Positions 15,080 through 29,199 of a DNA stretch of 64,000 nt are shown here, in pieces. Source of the stretch: Eledone cirrhosa (lineage: Eukaryota); NCBI GenBank assembly GCA_964016885.1, contig OZ024762.1, positions 24,862,001 to 24,926,000 of the forward strand, written 5' to 3'. The notes beneath the pieces were generated by a model that searched no databases, was not told the origin of the DNA, and saw only the letters and a program-made list of their open reading frames with translations. Positions within the stretch are counted from its first letter, which is position 1, and each line of letters starts with the position of its first letter. The position numbers and the translations under genes were made by a program.

Positions 15080-17241
15080 AAGTAGCGTATGCCAAAGGTG
15101 CTCGATACTAGTGCCGGCAGTATTAAATATTCGAAGTGTTAATATTTAGTGGGCTAGAGAGTTAGCAGAGCGTAAGCACGTGGGAAAGTAAAAAATCGGA
15201 GAATACACCGAAAACATGTTTATTTAAAACAGCACCTACGTACGTTTCGCCCAGTTGGGCTTCTCAAGGGCATAAATAATCAAAAGTGTTCCTTACATTG
15301 CTCGGAAAGAGTTTTGGGGGTTAAATCCACGTCAAGATTCATTGCTCGCAAAAATAGCTTGTTTTGATTTTGCAGCAGGTCAAGGGAGGTAACTCTGGCC
15401 GGTGTTAGGGCAGTCTTTCCCGGACAATTTTTTTAATCCGCTACGAGATGAGGTTACAACCTTACCATTCTCGATACGCATGTAATCAACGCTTATTTTG
15501 AGAGTTTTTTTTTGCTGCATCTGTTTGTCTGAGTCGTTTGAGGCTGGGTCTGGTATGCAAGGATAGTTTCCTGGGTGTTATTTTGCAGCGCCCGCCCGCC
15601 GGGGTGTTAAGAGTTGTTGCAAGGAGATCCGCTGCACGGTTTCACTCCTCATCCTTAACCCATCTGAAGAAGGATATTTTTAAGCGATGTGTACAACTTA
15701 TCGCTGTTTCAGCTCTGCTGTTGATGAGCTCGTGGTGTGCAGTTATGATGTGGTAGAACTCCATGAGGCAAAGATCGCATTTCCTCTTGAAGTTGTACGG
15801 TGCAGCCCTGCCGACAATATACCAGTGCGTGGAGAAGCTGATGTTTATGTCCTTTAGTGATGTGTTATTGTCCGCGAGCAAAGTGGGGTGTCTTAGTTTT
15901 TTTATTTGTGAAAGAGTGGAGATGTGTTCGAAACCTAATTTTGAACGGGCCGGAGGTAGCCCCTATATAATGTTTAACGCTATTGTGGCTAGTTATAGTG
16001 CATCTATATATAACCCTATCAGTCAAGCAGTGTCCTCTAAGGGGACAGCGTCCTCTGTCGCGGCAGTTGCAATTTCTGTCGCGGTTCCGTCTATTTCCCA
16101 TGGTAAGTCTATCATTGTTACTGTCTACGTTGTTACCTACGCTACCGCAGCTATTGTTAGCACCATTACAACCCACAGCAGGCGGGGTGGTGCGATTGTT
16201 ATTCCGCACGTCATGTCCTGCATGTTCCCCAGTCATTTCGTGGTTATGCTGGTTGCGTTTGCGGATGCTGTTGCCAACACTATTGGATGCTGCCAGGGAG
16301 TTGTTAAGGCCGATATAGTTATTGTCAGGTGTAGGTGCGTCTGAGTTGAGGTGCTGTGTCTTGGTGATCTTACTGTGGTTCGTTGTTCCTATGATGCCTG
16401 CTAGGTTAGGAGTAGTAGAGAAGGATATTAAGAAGGCCGTCGCCTTTGTTGGTTTTGTAATAGGGGAATAGTTCGAGTAATCTACAATGGTCACCGTCGC
16501 CGGGGTCGTGATCTTTAGTGCGGTTACTATTCTATTATATCCGACTTCAACGAGGTCGCCGCGTGATCGGTTATAAGTATGGCTTACTATAAAGTTCGTT
16601 TTATCAGGGGGTGGTTTCTAGAGCTAGCGTTAGGGATGTAGGAAATTCCTCGGTTAAAGCCGGCGCTTATCAAGGCCCTATTGTAGTAATCTGCCGCTTG
16701 GTTGAAGAAATCCTCATTGGCGGATAGTCTCGAGATTCTATGTGAGATACTATAGACTATGGAGCTGAGAGTCTGCTTAGGGTGGTTGGAGGTATAATTA
16801 ATATAAGAGAGGCACTCTCCAGGCTTATGGCATGGCTTGTATAAGCCCGTACTCAACTCCAGGGTTACGTCCAGGAAGTTGAAAACCTTGTGGTTGAGGT
16901 CCCTAGTTACGGATAGGCCGTATGACTTGAAGAACCTGTGTATATGTTTGTTAAGGTTCTCTAACGGTAAACAGGGCGTCGTCCCTATATAACCTCCTTG
17001 TAGGGCCGGTATCTCTTCCCTAAGCTTATGTAGGAGATATATCCCGACCAGGTCAGTTGCTTGCGCTGAGTCACTGGACCCCATCGTGACATCGAAGTTA
17101 TCAGGACGGTTGGTTCTGGTCCAGTGGGAGCCTTCGAACTGGATAATGGTTCTACGCGCCGCTAGAACTATGTCTATTTCTTTTTTAGTGAGGCTAGTTT
17201 TAGATTTAGCTAAGATAAGTGCCTTATTTAAGAGTATGGGG
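15080..17241 (-). mobile_element. 5'-truncated, frameshifted Naiad-type Penelope-like retroelement (RT 3' part, linker, GIY-YIG, 3' pLTR)
   Basis: Motifs: LLNKAL..AARRTIIQF..W..NFDVTMGSSDSAQATDLVGIYLL; LYRDDAL (frameshifted); NFLDVTLEL..YKP..YINYTSNHP; CNCRDRGRCPLRGHCL..VIYRCTI..YIGATSGPFKIRF; CDLCLME..LINSRAE..SCTHR. The 5' end abuts (TA)n. Confidence 0.9.
15232..15271 (-). ncRNA. Hammerhead variant in the 3' pLTR of the Naiad element
   Basis: Minus strand: gccc-TTGAGAA-gccca ac tgggc-GAAA-CGTACG-TA-ggtgc. Confidence 0.65.
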
Positions 17242-17414
17242 TATATATATATAATAATTTATTATAAAATGCTCGGACCTATTCGTTAGAATTTTTGAGC
17301 TTATTTTGCGGGTGATATGGCGCATTTCTCTCTGGCATGACACCCATAATTTTGATTTAGATTAAATTCCTTTGATTTATCTTAATTTTGGATATATATA
17401 TATGTATATATACT

Positions 17415-18030
17415 CTGAACTAGAGTACAGGTGTAAGCTTGAACTAGTTTCAACTAGAACACAAATAAGCTTGAACTAGTTTGGACTAGAGCACATAAAT
17501 AAGCTTGTACTAACTTGAACTAGTGCAAAAAATAAGCTTGAACTAGCTTGAACTAGAGTACAGAAATAAGCTTGAACTAACTTGAACTAGTGCAAAAAAT
17601 AAGCTTGAACTAGCTTGAACTAGAGTACATAAACAAGCTTGAACTAGCTTAGACTAGAAGACAGATATAAGCTTGAACTAGTTTGAACTAGAGGACAGAA
17701 ATAAGCTTGAACTAGTTTGAATTAACTTGAACTACTGCTAGAAATATGGCTTGAACTAGTTTGAACTAGAACTGAGAAGTATGATTGAACTAGATCACAG
17801 AAATAAACTTGACCTAGCTTGAACTAGCTTAAACTAATGCAAGAAATAAGCTTGAACTAGAGCACAGAAATAATCTAGAACTGGCTTGAACTAGATCACA
17901 GATGTTAGCTTGAACAAGCTTGGACCAGAGTACAGAAATAAGGCTTGAACTAGAAGACAGAAATAAGCTTGAACTAGCTTGAATTAGATCATAGAAATAA
18001 GCTTGAACTAGCTTGAAGTAGAAGACAGAA
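17415..18030. repeat. Minisatellite built on GCTTGAACTA decamers (about 34-bp unit aataagcttgaactagcttgaactagagtacaga)
   Basis: Direct tandem repetition with diverged units. Confidence 0.9.
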
Positions 18031-18469
18031 AAAATATATTGGCTGGCTGAATATTCCAGACTTGTCGGCTCTCTAGCTGACAGGAACACCATACTACGGT
18101 GTACAATTTGAGGAATATCTAGTTGCTATTTCTAATAGGTCAAATTTGAGTGACTGTATACAGGCTTTCCTGGTTGTCTCGTCAGAGTAATAGAGGAAGA
18201 TGAAGGAAACGCTATTTTTTTTTGAGAATTCTAAACCACCATAGCTAGATATCGATTTTTCTTTATTTATCTACTGTATTTTTTCGTATATTTTTTTCTT
18301 TTTTTTTCTAGTTTTTTTTGGTTTTATTTTGTCTGTTTATGTTGTCGTTTTATGTTTTAGTATTTTCGTCTATTTTTCTTTTAACGGCAAAGGTCAAAGG
18401 TTATTTCATTTCACTGGTTCACCTCAAAGAGAACCAAAAAAATATCAGACGACCAAATCCAACAAAACA

Positions 18470-18481
18470 AACACCACCACC

Positions 18482-18515
<34 letters not shown>

Positions 18516-18880
18516 TCATCAGCAGCAGCAACAGCAGCAAGAATCATCCAACAAAATGAAATAATCATCATCATCGACCACATCAGCACCACCTTCGCCA
18601 TCATCGTTCCCATCGTCATAACCATCATCATCATCATCATCATCACCATCATCACCACATCATCACCATCATCAGCAGCAGCAGAAGCACTATCACCATC
18701 ATCATCATCATCATCATCAACAACAACAACCCTAACAACAACAGCAACAACAGAAATACCTACTACTCCTACTACTATAACTACTACTACTACTACTACT
18801 ACTAAAACTACTACTACTACTACTCTACTACCACCACCACGACCACCACCACGACCACCACTACTACTACTACTACTCAC

Positions 18881-18916
<36 letters not shown>

Positions 18917-19187
18917 CACTACTACTACTACTTTTCTCGTTTTCTTGTTTGATTCTTATTTAATATTGTTATAACAAATGTTACTACTACTACTACTACT
19001 ACTCTACTACTACCATCACCACCACCACTACTGCTACTACTACTACAACTACTACTGCTGCTGCTACTAGTGCTACTACTGCTGCTTCTGTTGTTATTAT
19101 CATTGCTACTACTAACAATAGCCACAGAGAAAACAACATTTGTTAGAACAATATTAAATAAGAATCAAACAAGAAAACGAGAAAAGC

Positions 19188-19227
<40 letters not shown>

Positions 19228-19290
19228 CCACCACCAACAACAACACCACCACCAACAACACCCCCCCGCCCCCACCCCACCAACAACAAC
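18470..19290. repeat. Compound trinucleotide microsatellites (CAC, CAT, CTA, CAA)
   Basis: Read directly. Confidence 0.95.
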
Positions 19291-19456
19291 ACGCTAAGAG
19301 CCCAGTGAATATATATATATTCACTGGGCTCTTAGTAGTAATACTTCCTTCCTTCCCCTCTCGATCTCTATATATAACCCTAATCAGATCGAGAGGGGAA
19401 GGAAGTATTATACTAAGTGTCCAGTGAAGCAGCTATATTATATACTCCGAAAGTAT

Positions 19457-19511
<55 letters not shown>

Positions 19512-19548
19512 CTTGCAAACCCTCAGAGATTCGATTTTACTGATTTCC

Positions 19549-19603
<55 letters not shown>

Positions 19604-19837
19604 TATATAACGAAGGAAATGTGGTAAGGAACCAGATGGACCATAACGCACCAAAGCACTCATTACTTAGGGTAGTAGAGTGGGTAATAGGAACGAGTAG
19701 GACCCCGACGGCTGAGCTCAAGCCGTTTCGACGGACGGCTAATTCTGAACTAAAAGACCAGACATTTTAGTCCAGAATTAGCCGTTGAAACGGCTTGAGC
19801 TCAGCCGTCGGGGTCTTACTCATTCCTATAAATAAAT

Positions 19838-19928
<91 letters not shown>

Positions 19929-20323
19929 TATATGTACACATACACACACATATATATATATATAAATATAAACATATATATATATTTATATATATATATA
20001 TATGTCTGTGTTTATGTATGTGTGTGTTTGTAATGCGTATATATGTATATATATATTGATATTAATATATATATATATATATATGTATACATACATGTAT
20101 GTATATATATATATCGTGATATTTCCCTCCTTATAACAGTCTTTACTCTCTCTCTGTTTGGTTGAGCACACTTCTCTGTGTGGTTCTGTGCTGCCCTTTC
20201 TAGCAACTCGTCCCTCAGAGGCCACTGGTTCACTGCCGTTAAACACGCTGTGACTTCTCTCTCCCACGTGTAGCTGGACAGTCGCTTTAAATTATCTTAG
20301 AGTTGTCTGAAATATATAGCCTT

Positions 20324-20407
20324 ACACACGCTGATGAACCATGGGCCATTTCATTTCTGTCAACAACTCATTGACGAAACAGATCCCTTTGGATTTGTAC
20401 GTGTGTG
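20324..20407 (+). ncRNA. Type-I hammerhead with full stem III, in (TA)n-flanked island 20115-20575
   Basis: acacacg-CTGATGA-(irregular stem II ending gtcaa..ttgac)-GAAA-cagatcc cttt ggatttg-TA-cgtgtgt. Confidence 0.7.
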
Positions 20408-20799
20408 TTATATAGTTATAGAGGTATATATATACACTTTAATTCATATTTTTAATTATCGTGTGTCTATCCTGCTTTTCATAGGTTATAGATTCCATAC
20501 ACTGGTGGTTTTTCCCTGTTTTATTGATAGCACACTATCTCTCTAGTGTGTTACCTTTTCAACATATTGTATTTTATATATATATATATATATATATATG
20601 TATAGAAATTATTGTAGCAAGAAGCCAACAGTATTCCATAATATATAAGAGACTATAGCGTCAAAATGGAAAAATAGTTAACGTAAGATGTGGGAAAATA
20701 ATTCAAACCCAATTCAAAAAGAATCAGGATATAGATTTATCCAACAGAATTTAGTGAAATCCAGGGAAAAATCAATAGACCCTTAACTCAGAATAAAAT

Positions 20800-21436
20800 A
20801 AAGCACAACACCAACAACAAGCACAACCACAACAATAACACAAACAACAACACACACAACAAGCACAACAACAACAATAACACCAACAAGCACAACAACA
20901 ACAAGCACAACAACAACAATAACACCAACAACAAGCACAACAACAACAACAAGCACAACAAGAACAATAACACAAACAACAACACACAACAACAACAAGC
21001 ACAACAACAACAATAACACCAACAACAACACACACAACGAGCACAACGACAACAACAACAATAACACAAACAAGAACACACACAACAAGCACAACAACAA
21101 CAACAACACACACAAAAAGAACAATAACACCAACAACAAGCACAACAAAAATAAGAAGCACAACAACAACAATAACACCAACAAGAAGCACAGCAACAAC
21201 AACAAGCACAACAACAACAATAACACCAACAACAAGCACAACAACAACAACAAGCACAACAACAACAATAACACAAACAACAACACACACAACAAGCGCA
21301 ACAACATCAATAACACCAACAATAACAACATCAGTAACTGAAGCACCAACATCATCAACATCAACAACTGAACCATCACCAACACCAACAACAATCTCAA
21401 TAACAACCACAATAACAACAACTACAACAACAACAA
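20800..21436. repeat. (CAA)-derived minisatellite (aagcacaacaacaacaataacacc...)
   Basis: Read directly. Confidence 0.93.
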
Positions 21437-21553
21437 TACTTCGGAATTGGATTACTCCTCAATAACAAGCCAATAGTGAGACCTAACAATACAGAGTGTA
21501 GTAATACTAAGTTATATAATACAATAGAAGGAGACGGAGAGACACCTACCGAG

Positions 21554-21633
<80 letters not shown>

Positions 21634-22054
21634 GAGTAATATAGAGCATTCTATGGGGTTTCTATTTAGATGTAGAGAGACATGTAAAGACCTATGTATA
21701 ACAATAGAAGGGTTCTTTGAAATCAAACAATACATAGTAATAGTAAGTTATAAAATACAATAGAAGCAGATAGAGAGACCCCAACTGAGATACATATGAG
21801 AGAGAGCGAGGCAGAGAGAGAAAGAGAGAGTTGGAGAGATAGAGGGAGAGAGAGGGGGTAATATAGGACATTCTATGAGGTTTCTAAAGACCTATGTATA
21901 CCAATAGAACAGACCTTCGAAATGAAACGTTACATAGTAATACTATGTTATAAAATATATTAGAATACGATAGAAAGGAAGAAAGACGCCAACAGTGATA
22001 TATGAGAGAGTGGAGAGAGGGGTGAGGAGAAGAGATGGAGGGAGAGAGAGAGTA

Positions 22055-25000
22055 TATGCGTGTATGTGTAAAAGTATGTCTGCGTGTGTGTGTTGGTGTA
22101 AATGTATGTCTGCGTGTGTGTGATTGTGTGAATGTATGTCTGCGTGTGTGTGTTTGTGTGAATGTATGTCTGCGTGTGTGTATTTGTGTAAATGTATGTC
22201 TGCGTGTGTGTGTTTGTCTAAAAGTATGTCTGCGTGTGTGTGTTTGTGTAAAAGTATGTCTGTGTGTGTGTGTTTGTGTGAATGTATGTCTGCGTGTGTG
22301 TATTTGTGTAAATGTATGTCTGCGTGTGTGTGTTTGTCTAACAGTATGTCTGCGTGTGTGTGTTTGTCTAAAAGTATGTCTGCGTGTGTGTGTTTGTCTA
22401 AAAGTATGTCTGCGTGTGTGTGTATGTGTAAAAGTAGGTCTGCGTATGTGTGTTTGTATAAAAGTATGTCTGCGTGTGTGTGTTTGTGTAAATGTATGTC
22501 TGCGTGTGTGTGTTTGTGTAAATGTATGTCTGCGTGTGTGTGTGTTGGTGGAAAAGTATGTCTGCGTGTGTGTGTTTGTGTGAATGTATGTCTGCGTGTG
22601 TGTATTTGTGTAAATGTATGTCTGCGTGTGTGTGTTGGTGTAAATGTATGTCTGCGTGTGTGTGTTTGTGTGAATGTATGTCTGCGTGTGTGTGTTTGTG
22701 TAAATGTATGTCTGCGAGTGTGTGTGTGTTGGTGTGAATGTATGTCTGCGTGTGTGTGTTTGTGTAAATGTATGTCTGCGTGTGTGTGTTTGTGTAAATG
22801 TATGTCTGCGTGTGTGTGTTTGTGTGAATGTATGTCTGCGTGTGTGTGTGTTTGTGTGAATGTATGTCTGCGTGTGTGTGTGTTGGTGTAAATGTATGTA
22901 TGCGTGTGTGTGTTTGTGTGAATGTATGTCTGCGTGTGTGTGTTTGTGTAAATGTATGTCTGCGTGTGTGTGTTGGTGTGAATGTATGTCTGCGTGTGTG
23001 TGTTTGTCTAAAAGTATGTCTGCGTGTGTGTGTTTGTGTAAATGTATGTCTGCGTGTGTGTGTTTGTGTAAATGTATGTCTGCGTGTGTGTGTTTGTGTG
23101 AATGTATGTCTGCGTGTGTGTGTGTTTGTGTGAATGTATGTCTGCGTGTGTGTGTGTTGGTGTAAATGTATGTCTGCGTGTGTGTGTTTGTGTGAATGTA
23201 TGTCTGCGTGTGTGTGTTTGTGTGAATGTATGTCTGCGTGTGTGTGTGTTTGTGTGAATGTATGTCTGCGTGTGTGTGTGTTTGTGTAAATGTATGTCTA
23301 CGTGTGTGTGTTGGTGTAAAAGTATGTCTACGTGTGTGTGTTTGTGTAAATGTATGCCTGCGTGTGTGTGTGTTGGTGTGAATGTATGTCTGCGTGTGTG
23401 TGTTTGTGTAAATGTATGTCTGCGTGTGTGTGTGTTGGTGGAAAAGTATGTCTGCGTGTGTGTGTTTGTGTGAATGTATGTCTGCGTGTGTGTATTTGTG
23501 TAAATGTATGTCTGCGTGTGTGTGTTGGTGTAAATGTATGTCTGCGTGTGTGTGTTTGTGTGAATGTATGTCTGCGTGTGTGTGTTTGTGTAAATGTATG
23601 TCTGCGAGTGTGTGTGTGTTGGTGTGAATGTATGTCTGCGTGTGTGTGTTTGTGTAAATGTATGTCTGCGTGTGTGTGTTTGTGTAAATGTATGTCTGCG
23701 TGTGTGTGTTTGTGTGAATGTATGTCTGCGTGTGTGTGTGTTTGTGTGAATGTATGTCTGCGTGTGTGTGTGTTGGTGTAAATGTATGTATGCGTGTGTG
23801 TGTTTGTGTGAATGTATGTCTGCGTGTGTGTGTTTGTGTAAATGTATGTCTGCGTGTGTGTGTTGGTGTGAATGTATGTCTGCGTGTGTGTGTTTGTCTA
23901 AAAGTATGTCTGCGTGTGTGTGTTTGTGTAAATGTATGTCTGCGTGTGTGTGTTTGTGTAAATGTATGTCTGCGTGTGTGTGTTTGTGTGAATGTATGTC
24001 TGCGTGTGTGTGTGTTTGTGTGAATGTATGTCTGCGTGTGTGTGTGTTGGTGTAAATGTATGTCTGCGTGTGTGTGTTTGTGTGAATGTATGTCTGCGTG
24101 TGTGTGTTTGTGTGAATGTATGTCTGCGTGTGTGTGTGTTTGTGTGAATGTATGTCTGCGTGTGTGTGTGTTTGTGTAAATGTATGTCTACGTGTGTGTG
24201 TTGGTGTAAAAGTATGTCTACGTGTGTGTGTTTGTGTAAATGTATGCCTGCGTGTGTGTGTGTTGGTGTGAATGTATGTCTGCGTGTGTGTGTTTGTGTA
24301 AATGTATGTCTGCGTGTGTGTGTTTGTGTGAATGTATGTCTGCGTGTGTGTGTTTGTGTAAATGTATGCCTGCGTGTGTGTGTTTGTGTAAATGTATGTC
24401 GGCGAGTGTGTGTTGGTGTAAATGTATGTCTGCGTGTGTGTGTTTGTGTGAATGTATGTCTGCGTGTGTGTGTGTTTGTGTAAATGTATGTCTGCGTGTG
24501 TGTGTTGGTGTAAATGTATGTCTGCGTCTGTGTGTTTGTGTGAATGTATGTCTGCGTGTGTGTGTTTGTGTAAATGTATGTCTGCGTGTGTGTGTTTGTG
24601 TAAATGTATGTCTGCGTGTGTGTGTTTGTATAAAAGTATGTCTGCGTGTGTGTGTTTGTGTAAATGTATGTCTGTGTGTGTTTGTGTGAATGTATGTCTG
24701 CGTGTGTGTGTTTGTGTGAATGTATGTCTGCGTGTGTGTGTGTTTGTATAAATGTATGTCTGCGTGTGTGTGTTTGTGTGAATGTATGTCTGCGTGTGTG
24801 TGTTTGTGTGAATGTATGTCTGCGTGTGTGTGTTTGTGTAAAAGTATATCTCCGTGTGTGTGTGTTAGTGTGAATGTATGTCTGCGTGTGTGTGTGTTGG
24901 TGTAAAAGTATGTCTGCGTGTGTGTGTTTGTGTAAAAGTATGTCTGCGTGTGTGTGTTTGTATAAAAGTATGTCTGCGTGTGTGTGTTTGTGTGAATGTA

Positions 25001-25680
25001 TGTCTGCGTGTGTGTGTTGGTGTGAATGTATGTCTGCGTGTGTGTGTTTGTGTAAATGTATATCTGCGTGTGTGTGTGTTTGTGTGAATGTATGTCTATG
25101 TGTGTGTTTGTATAAAAGTATGTCTGCGTGTGTGTGTTGGTGTAAAAGTATGTCTGCGTGTGTGTTTGTGTAAAAGTATGTCTGCGTGTGTGTGTGTGTG
25201 TGTGTGAATGCATGTCTACGTGTGTGTGTGTTTGTGTAAAAGTATGTCTGCGTGTGTGTGTTTGTGTAAATGTATGTCTGCGTGTGTGTGTTTGTGTAAA
25301 AGTATGTCTGCGTGTGTGTGTGTTTGTGTAAAAGTATGTCTGCGTGTGTGTGTTTGTGTAAATGTATGTCTGCGTGTGTGTTTGTGTAAAAGTATGTCTG
25401 CGTGTGTGTGTTTGTGTGAATGTATGTCTGCGTGTGTGCGTTTGTGTGAATGTATGTCTACGTGTGTGTGTTTGTGTGAATGTATGTCTGCGTGTGTGTG
25501 TTTGTGTAAAAGTATGTCTGCGTGTGTGTGTTTGTGTAAATGTATGTCTGCGTGTGTGTGTGTTTGTATAAAAGTATGTCTGCGTGTGTGTGTTTGTGTA
25601 AATGTATGTCTACGTGTGTGTGTTGGTGTGAATGTATGTCTGTGTGTGTGTGTGTTTGTGCGAATGTATGTCTACGTGTG
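22055..25680. repeat. 30-bp minisatellite array (aatgtatgtctgcgtgtgtgtgtttgtgtr), about 3.6 kb, with an internal 890-bp duplication
   Basis: Tandem units. Identical ORF-track translations recur at +890 (22522/23412, 22828/23718, 22860/23750). Confidence 0.97.
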
Positions 25681-25980
25681 TTTATATACTCGTACACATA
25701 CACATACACACACACACATATTTATATACACATTTATATACTCGTACACATACACATACACACACACACACATATTTATATACACATTTATATACTCGTA
25801 CACATACACATATACACACACACACATTTATATACACATTTATATACTCGTACACATACACATACACACGCACACACATATTTATATACACATTTATATA
25901 CTCGTACACATACACATACACACACACACATATTTATATACACATTTATATACTCGTACAGATACACATACACACACACA
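25681..25980. repeat. About 52-bp tandem repeat (tttatatactcgtacacatacacata...)
   Basis: Six copies. Confidence 0.9.
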
Positions 25981-26491
25981 CATAAGCACATGAGCGTCAA
26001 CGTGTTGAAAAACAAAAATCCTATTATTAACTATTTCTAGCTACTGCAGAGAACACACGGGAATCGTTTTCATTAACTAACTTTTTAGCTACATAACTAG
26101 AATGACGGGTAGATAACGTAATATACTAAACGTCTTATAGAAAGCTACTCTCTCGGAAAACTGAAATTATTCAACGGCGTCAGCTGGTGTATTTTTTAAA
26201 GCTACACATTGCTTCGTGTTGCCACTCAATAATTGATTTTCAAGAAAAATACTTCGTTTTGTTTTTCAAACGCTGTCAGTGTGAAGGCGACCGATTTGCC
26301 TGAGGTTAAAAAAAAGGGAACAAATATAAACATACATATATGCATACACACACACACACACATATATACATGTATTTGTGTACTTGTATGTATATATATA
26401 CATACACATATATATATATATATATGTATGTGTGTGTATGTATATATATATACATACAAGTATGCATATATATATATATATATACATACAC

Positions 26492-26561
<70 letters not shown>

Positions 26562-26564
26562 ATG

Positions 26565-26614
<50 letters not shown>

Positions 26615-26699
26615 AAAATGCATTCATACATACATATATATATATAAATATCTATATACATACATACATATATATATAATTATAAATATATACATACAT

Positions 26700-26790
<91 letters not shown>

Positions 26791-26918
26791 TGTGTGTGCG
26801 TGTGTGTGTATTTAGGACTCCCAAGTGTTTAAGAAATTGAAACCCCTGTGTAGGAAATGAGAAATAGCTACGCTTATCGCAAAATAAGGGCAGATAGAAA
26901 AAAGAAAAAAAAAAAAAA

Positions 26919-27001
<83 letters not shown>

Positions 27002-27248
27002 GAATGAAAGAAAAAAGGGAAGAAGAATATTCAAGTCACTGAAAAAAAAATGAAAATGGAAGAAGAAAATTAGCAACAAGCTAGCTCAAATAAAGAGAGT
27101 CAATATGACAGAAGATGACTATAGACAACGGTGTGTAGTTGTGTGGATTAGTGGTTAGAGTGTTGGACAAAGGATCTTAAAATCATGAGGAAAACTAGCA
27201 TGTGTATTGTGCATATTTCTATTATATGCAAATATACATGCATGTAGA

Positions 27249-27530
27249 TATGACATGTCAAATAAAATCGTAATTGACAATATGACATGTCAAATAAAAT
27301 CGTAATTGACAATATATGTCAAATAAAATCGTAATTGGCAATATATGTCAAATAAAATCGTAATTGACAATATATGTCAAATAAAATCGTGATTGACAAT
27401 ATGACATGTCAAATAAAATCGTAATTGACAATATGACATGTCAAATAAAATCGTAACTGACAATATGACATGTCAAATAAAATCATAATTGACAATATGA
27501 TATGTAAAAAAAAATCATAATTGACAATAT
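27249..27530. repeat. 29-33-bp tandem repeat (atgacatgtcaaataaaatcgtaattgacaat)
   Basis: About 9 copies. Confidence 0.92.
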
Positions 27531-28129
27531 GCACAGAAATTGACAAGATACTGTGTTACAGTCTCTTCTGTAATCAGTAAAGTAATCCATGATATATTTA
27601 AAAGACGATATTATATTAAAAGACGATATTATATAGAAACTGCATTACGGTGAAATGTAATGAAACCTTATATAACGATACAAATATATGGATGTTTGTA
27701 TAATTGATGTAATAAGTGTTATGATATAATGAACGCTAACCGGAAGTGTAGACATTTGAAAATTATTATATCACTATATATAAGAATATTTATGTTTAAT
27801 CAACAGCTACGAAATTTAGTAGATAAATTATGTAATATTCATTCATTATTTATCCGGCCGAGGTTAACTTTGCCTTTCATCCTTACGGGGTCGATAAAAT
27901 AAAGTACCAGTAATGCACTGGGTAATTGCTGGCCTTGTGCCAAAAGTAGAAACAATTATTTATTCAAAGTAATCTAACTTATTTTACTAACGGGATAAAA
28001 ATATAAAAAAATATATTCGGGACGCAATCCTGCACTCCTCCTTTTATTATAGTTATGATTGGCAGTATCGGTAGAGCGTCGGACAACATGCTTTGCAGCG
28101 TAGAGTTATGGCCCCCCTACGCTTCCTAT

Positions 28130-29029
28130 CATTCGGAAGCTAAGAATATCGTTACATACATCCTATCAGTTGTATTATATGGAGAAATGATCTTAAAATC
28201 ATAGGTCGTTTTATTATTTGAAGGCTAAGATCTTCGATACTTACATCTTACCAGTTGTGTTATATGGTCTTGATTGTGTCAATTGGACGACAAGGTCACT
28301 TGAGAAGCTCTCTACATTCCAGAACCACATCATGAGACTTATGACTGGCAAGCGACTCAGCGACCGTATATGTATCAGTGAGCTGGTCTTGACTGTGTTA
28401 ATTGAACGACAAGGTCATTTCAGAAGCTCTCTACATTCCAGAACCACATCATGAGACTTATGACTGGCAAGCGACTCAGCGACCTTATCTGTATCAGTGG
28501 GCTGGTCTTGATTGTGTCAATTGGATGACAAGGTCACTTCAGAAGCTCCCTACATTCCAGAACCACATCATGAGACTTATGACTGGCAAGCGACTCAGCG
28601 ACCTTATCTGTATCAGTGGGCTGGTCTTGATTGTGTCAATTGGACGACAAGGTCACTTCAGAAGCTCCCTACATTCCAGAACCACATCATGAGACTTATG
28701 ACTGGCAAGCGACTCAGCGACCGTATATGTATCTGTATCAGTGGGCTGCTCAACATCACCAGACTTAGACCAATCACATCGATTGCCAGGTCAAGAATGC
28801 TTCAAAATATGGTCATATCAAAAAAATATCTCGTGGTGTGAGTAGGTTATGCTTAGAAAGAAAGTTGGCTGGTAAGAGAAGCGGAGGTCAGCAACCAAAA
28901 CAATGGCTTGGTAATGTCAACTTATGGACTGGACTTGACCTTTGCTCTTTAAACTCTGTTGTTGGTGATCGAATTTTGTGGAGAAAAATATTTCATGCTG
29001 ATGCGCGGCCAGCAACTGAGGGAGTTTAG
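28130..29029 (+). pseudogene. RTE-clade LINE 3' fragment with an internal 4 x 119-bp tandem amplification
   Basis: KAKIFDTYILPVVLYGLDCVNWT..FQNHIMRLMTGKRLSDRI..SRLCLERKLAGKRSGGQQPKQWLGNV..DRILWR. Units start at 28266, 28385, 28504 and 28623. Confidence 0.82.
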
Positions 29030-29199
29030 CGTCTAGAGAGACGTTCTGAGTACAAATCCTAACGATGTTAGCTTTGACTTTCATCCTTACGGAGTAAGTA
29101 CCAGTAACGAACTGGGGCCGATTTAATCGACTCTCTCGTGTCCCCAAATTGCTGCCCTTTTGCCTATAGTAGAAATCATTATATCATATATATTATAAA

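Noticed and set aside
17415-18030. CRISPR-like regular repeats (also 27249-27530 and 28266-28745)
   Set aside because: There are no unique spacers and no cas genes, and the context is eukaryotic. These are ordinary tandem repeats.
22035-25993. Cys-rich ORFs ([10 protein letters not shown]) resembling metallothionein or keratin-associated proteins
   Set aside because: They are frames of a GT-derived 30-bp minisatellite with frequent 2-bp slips that break the frame.
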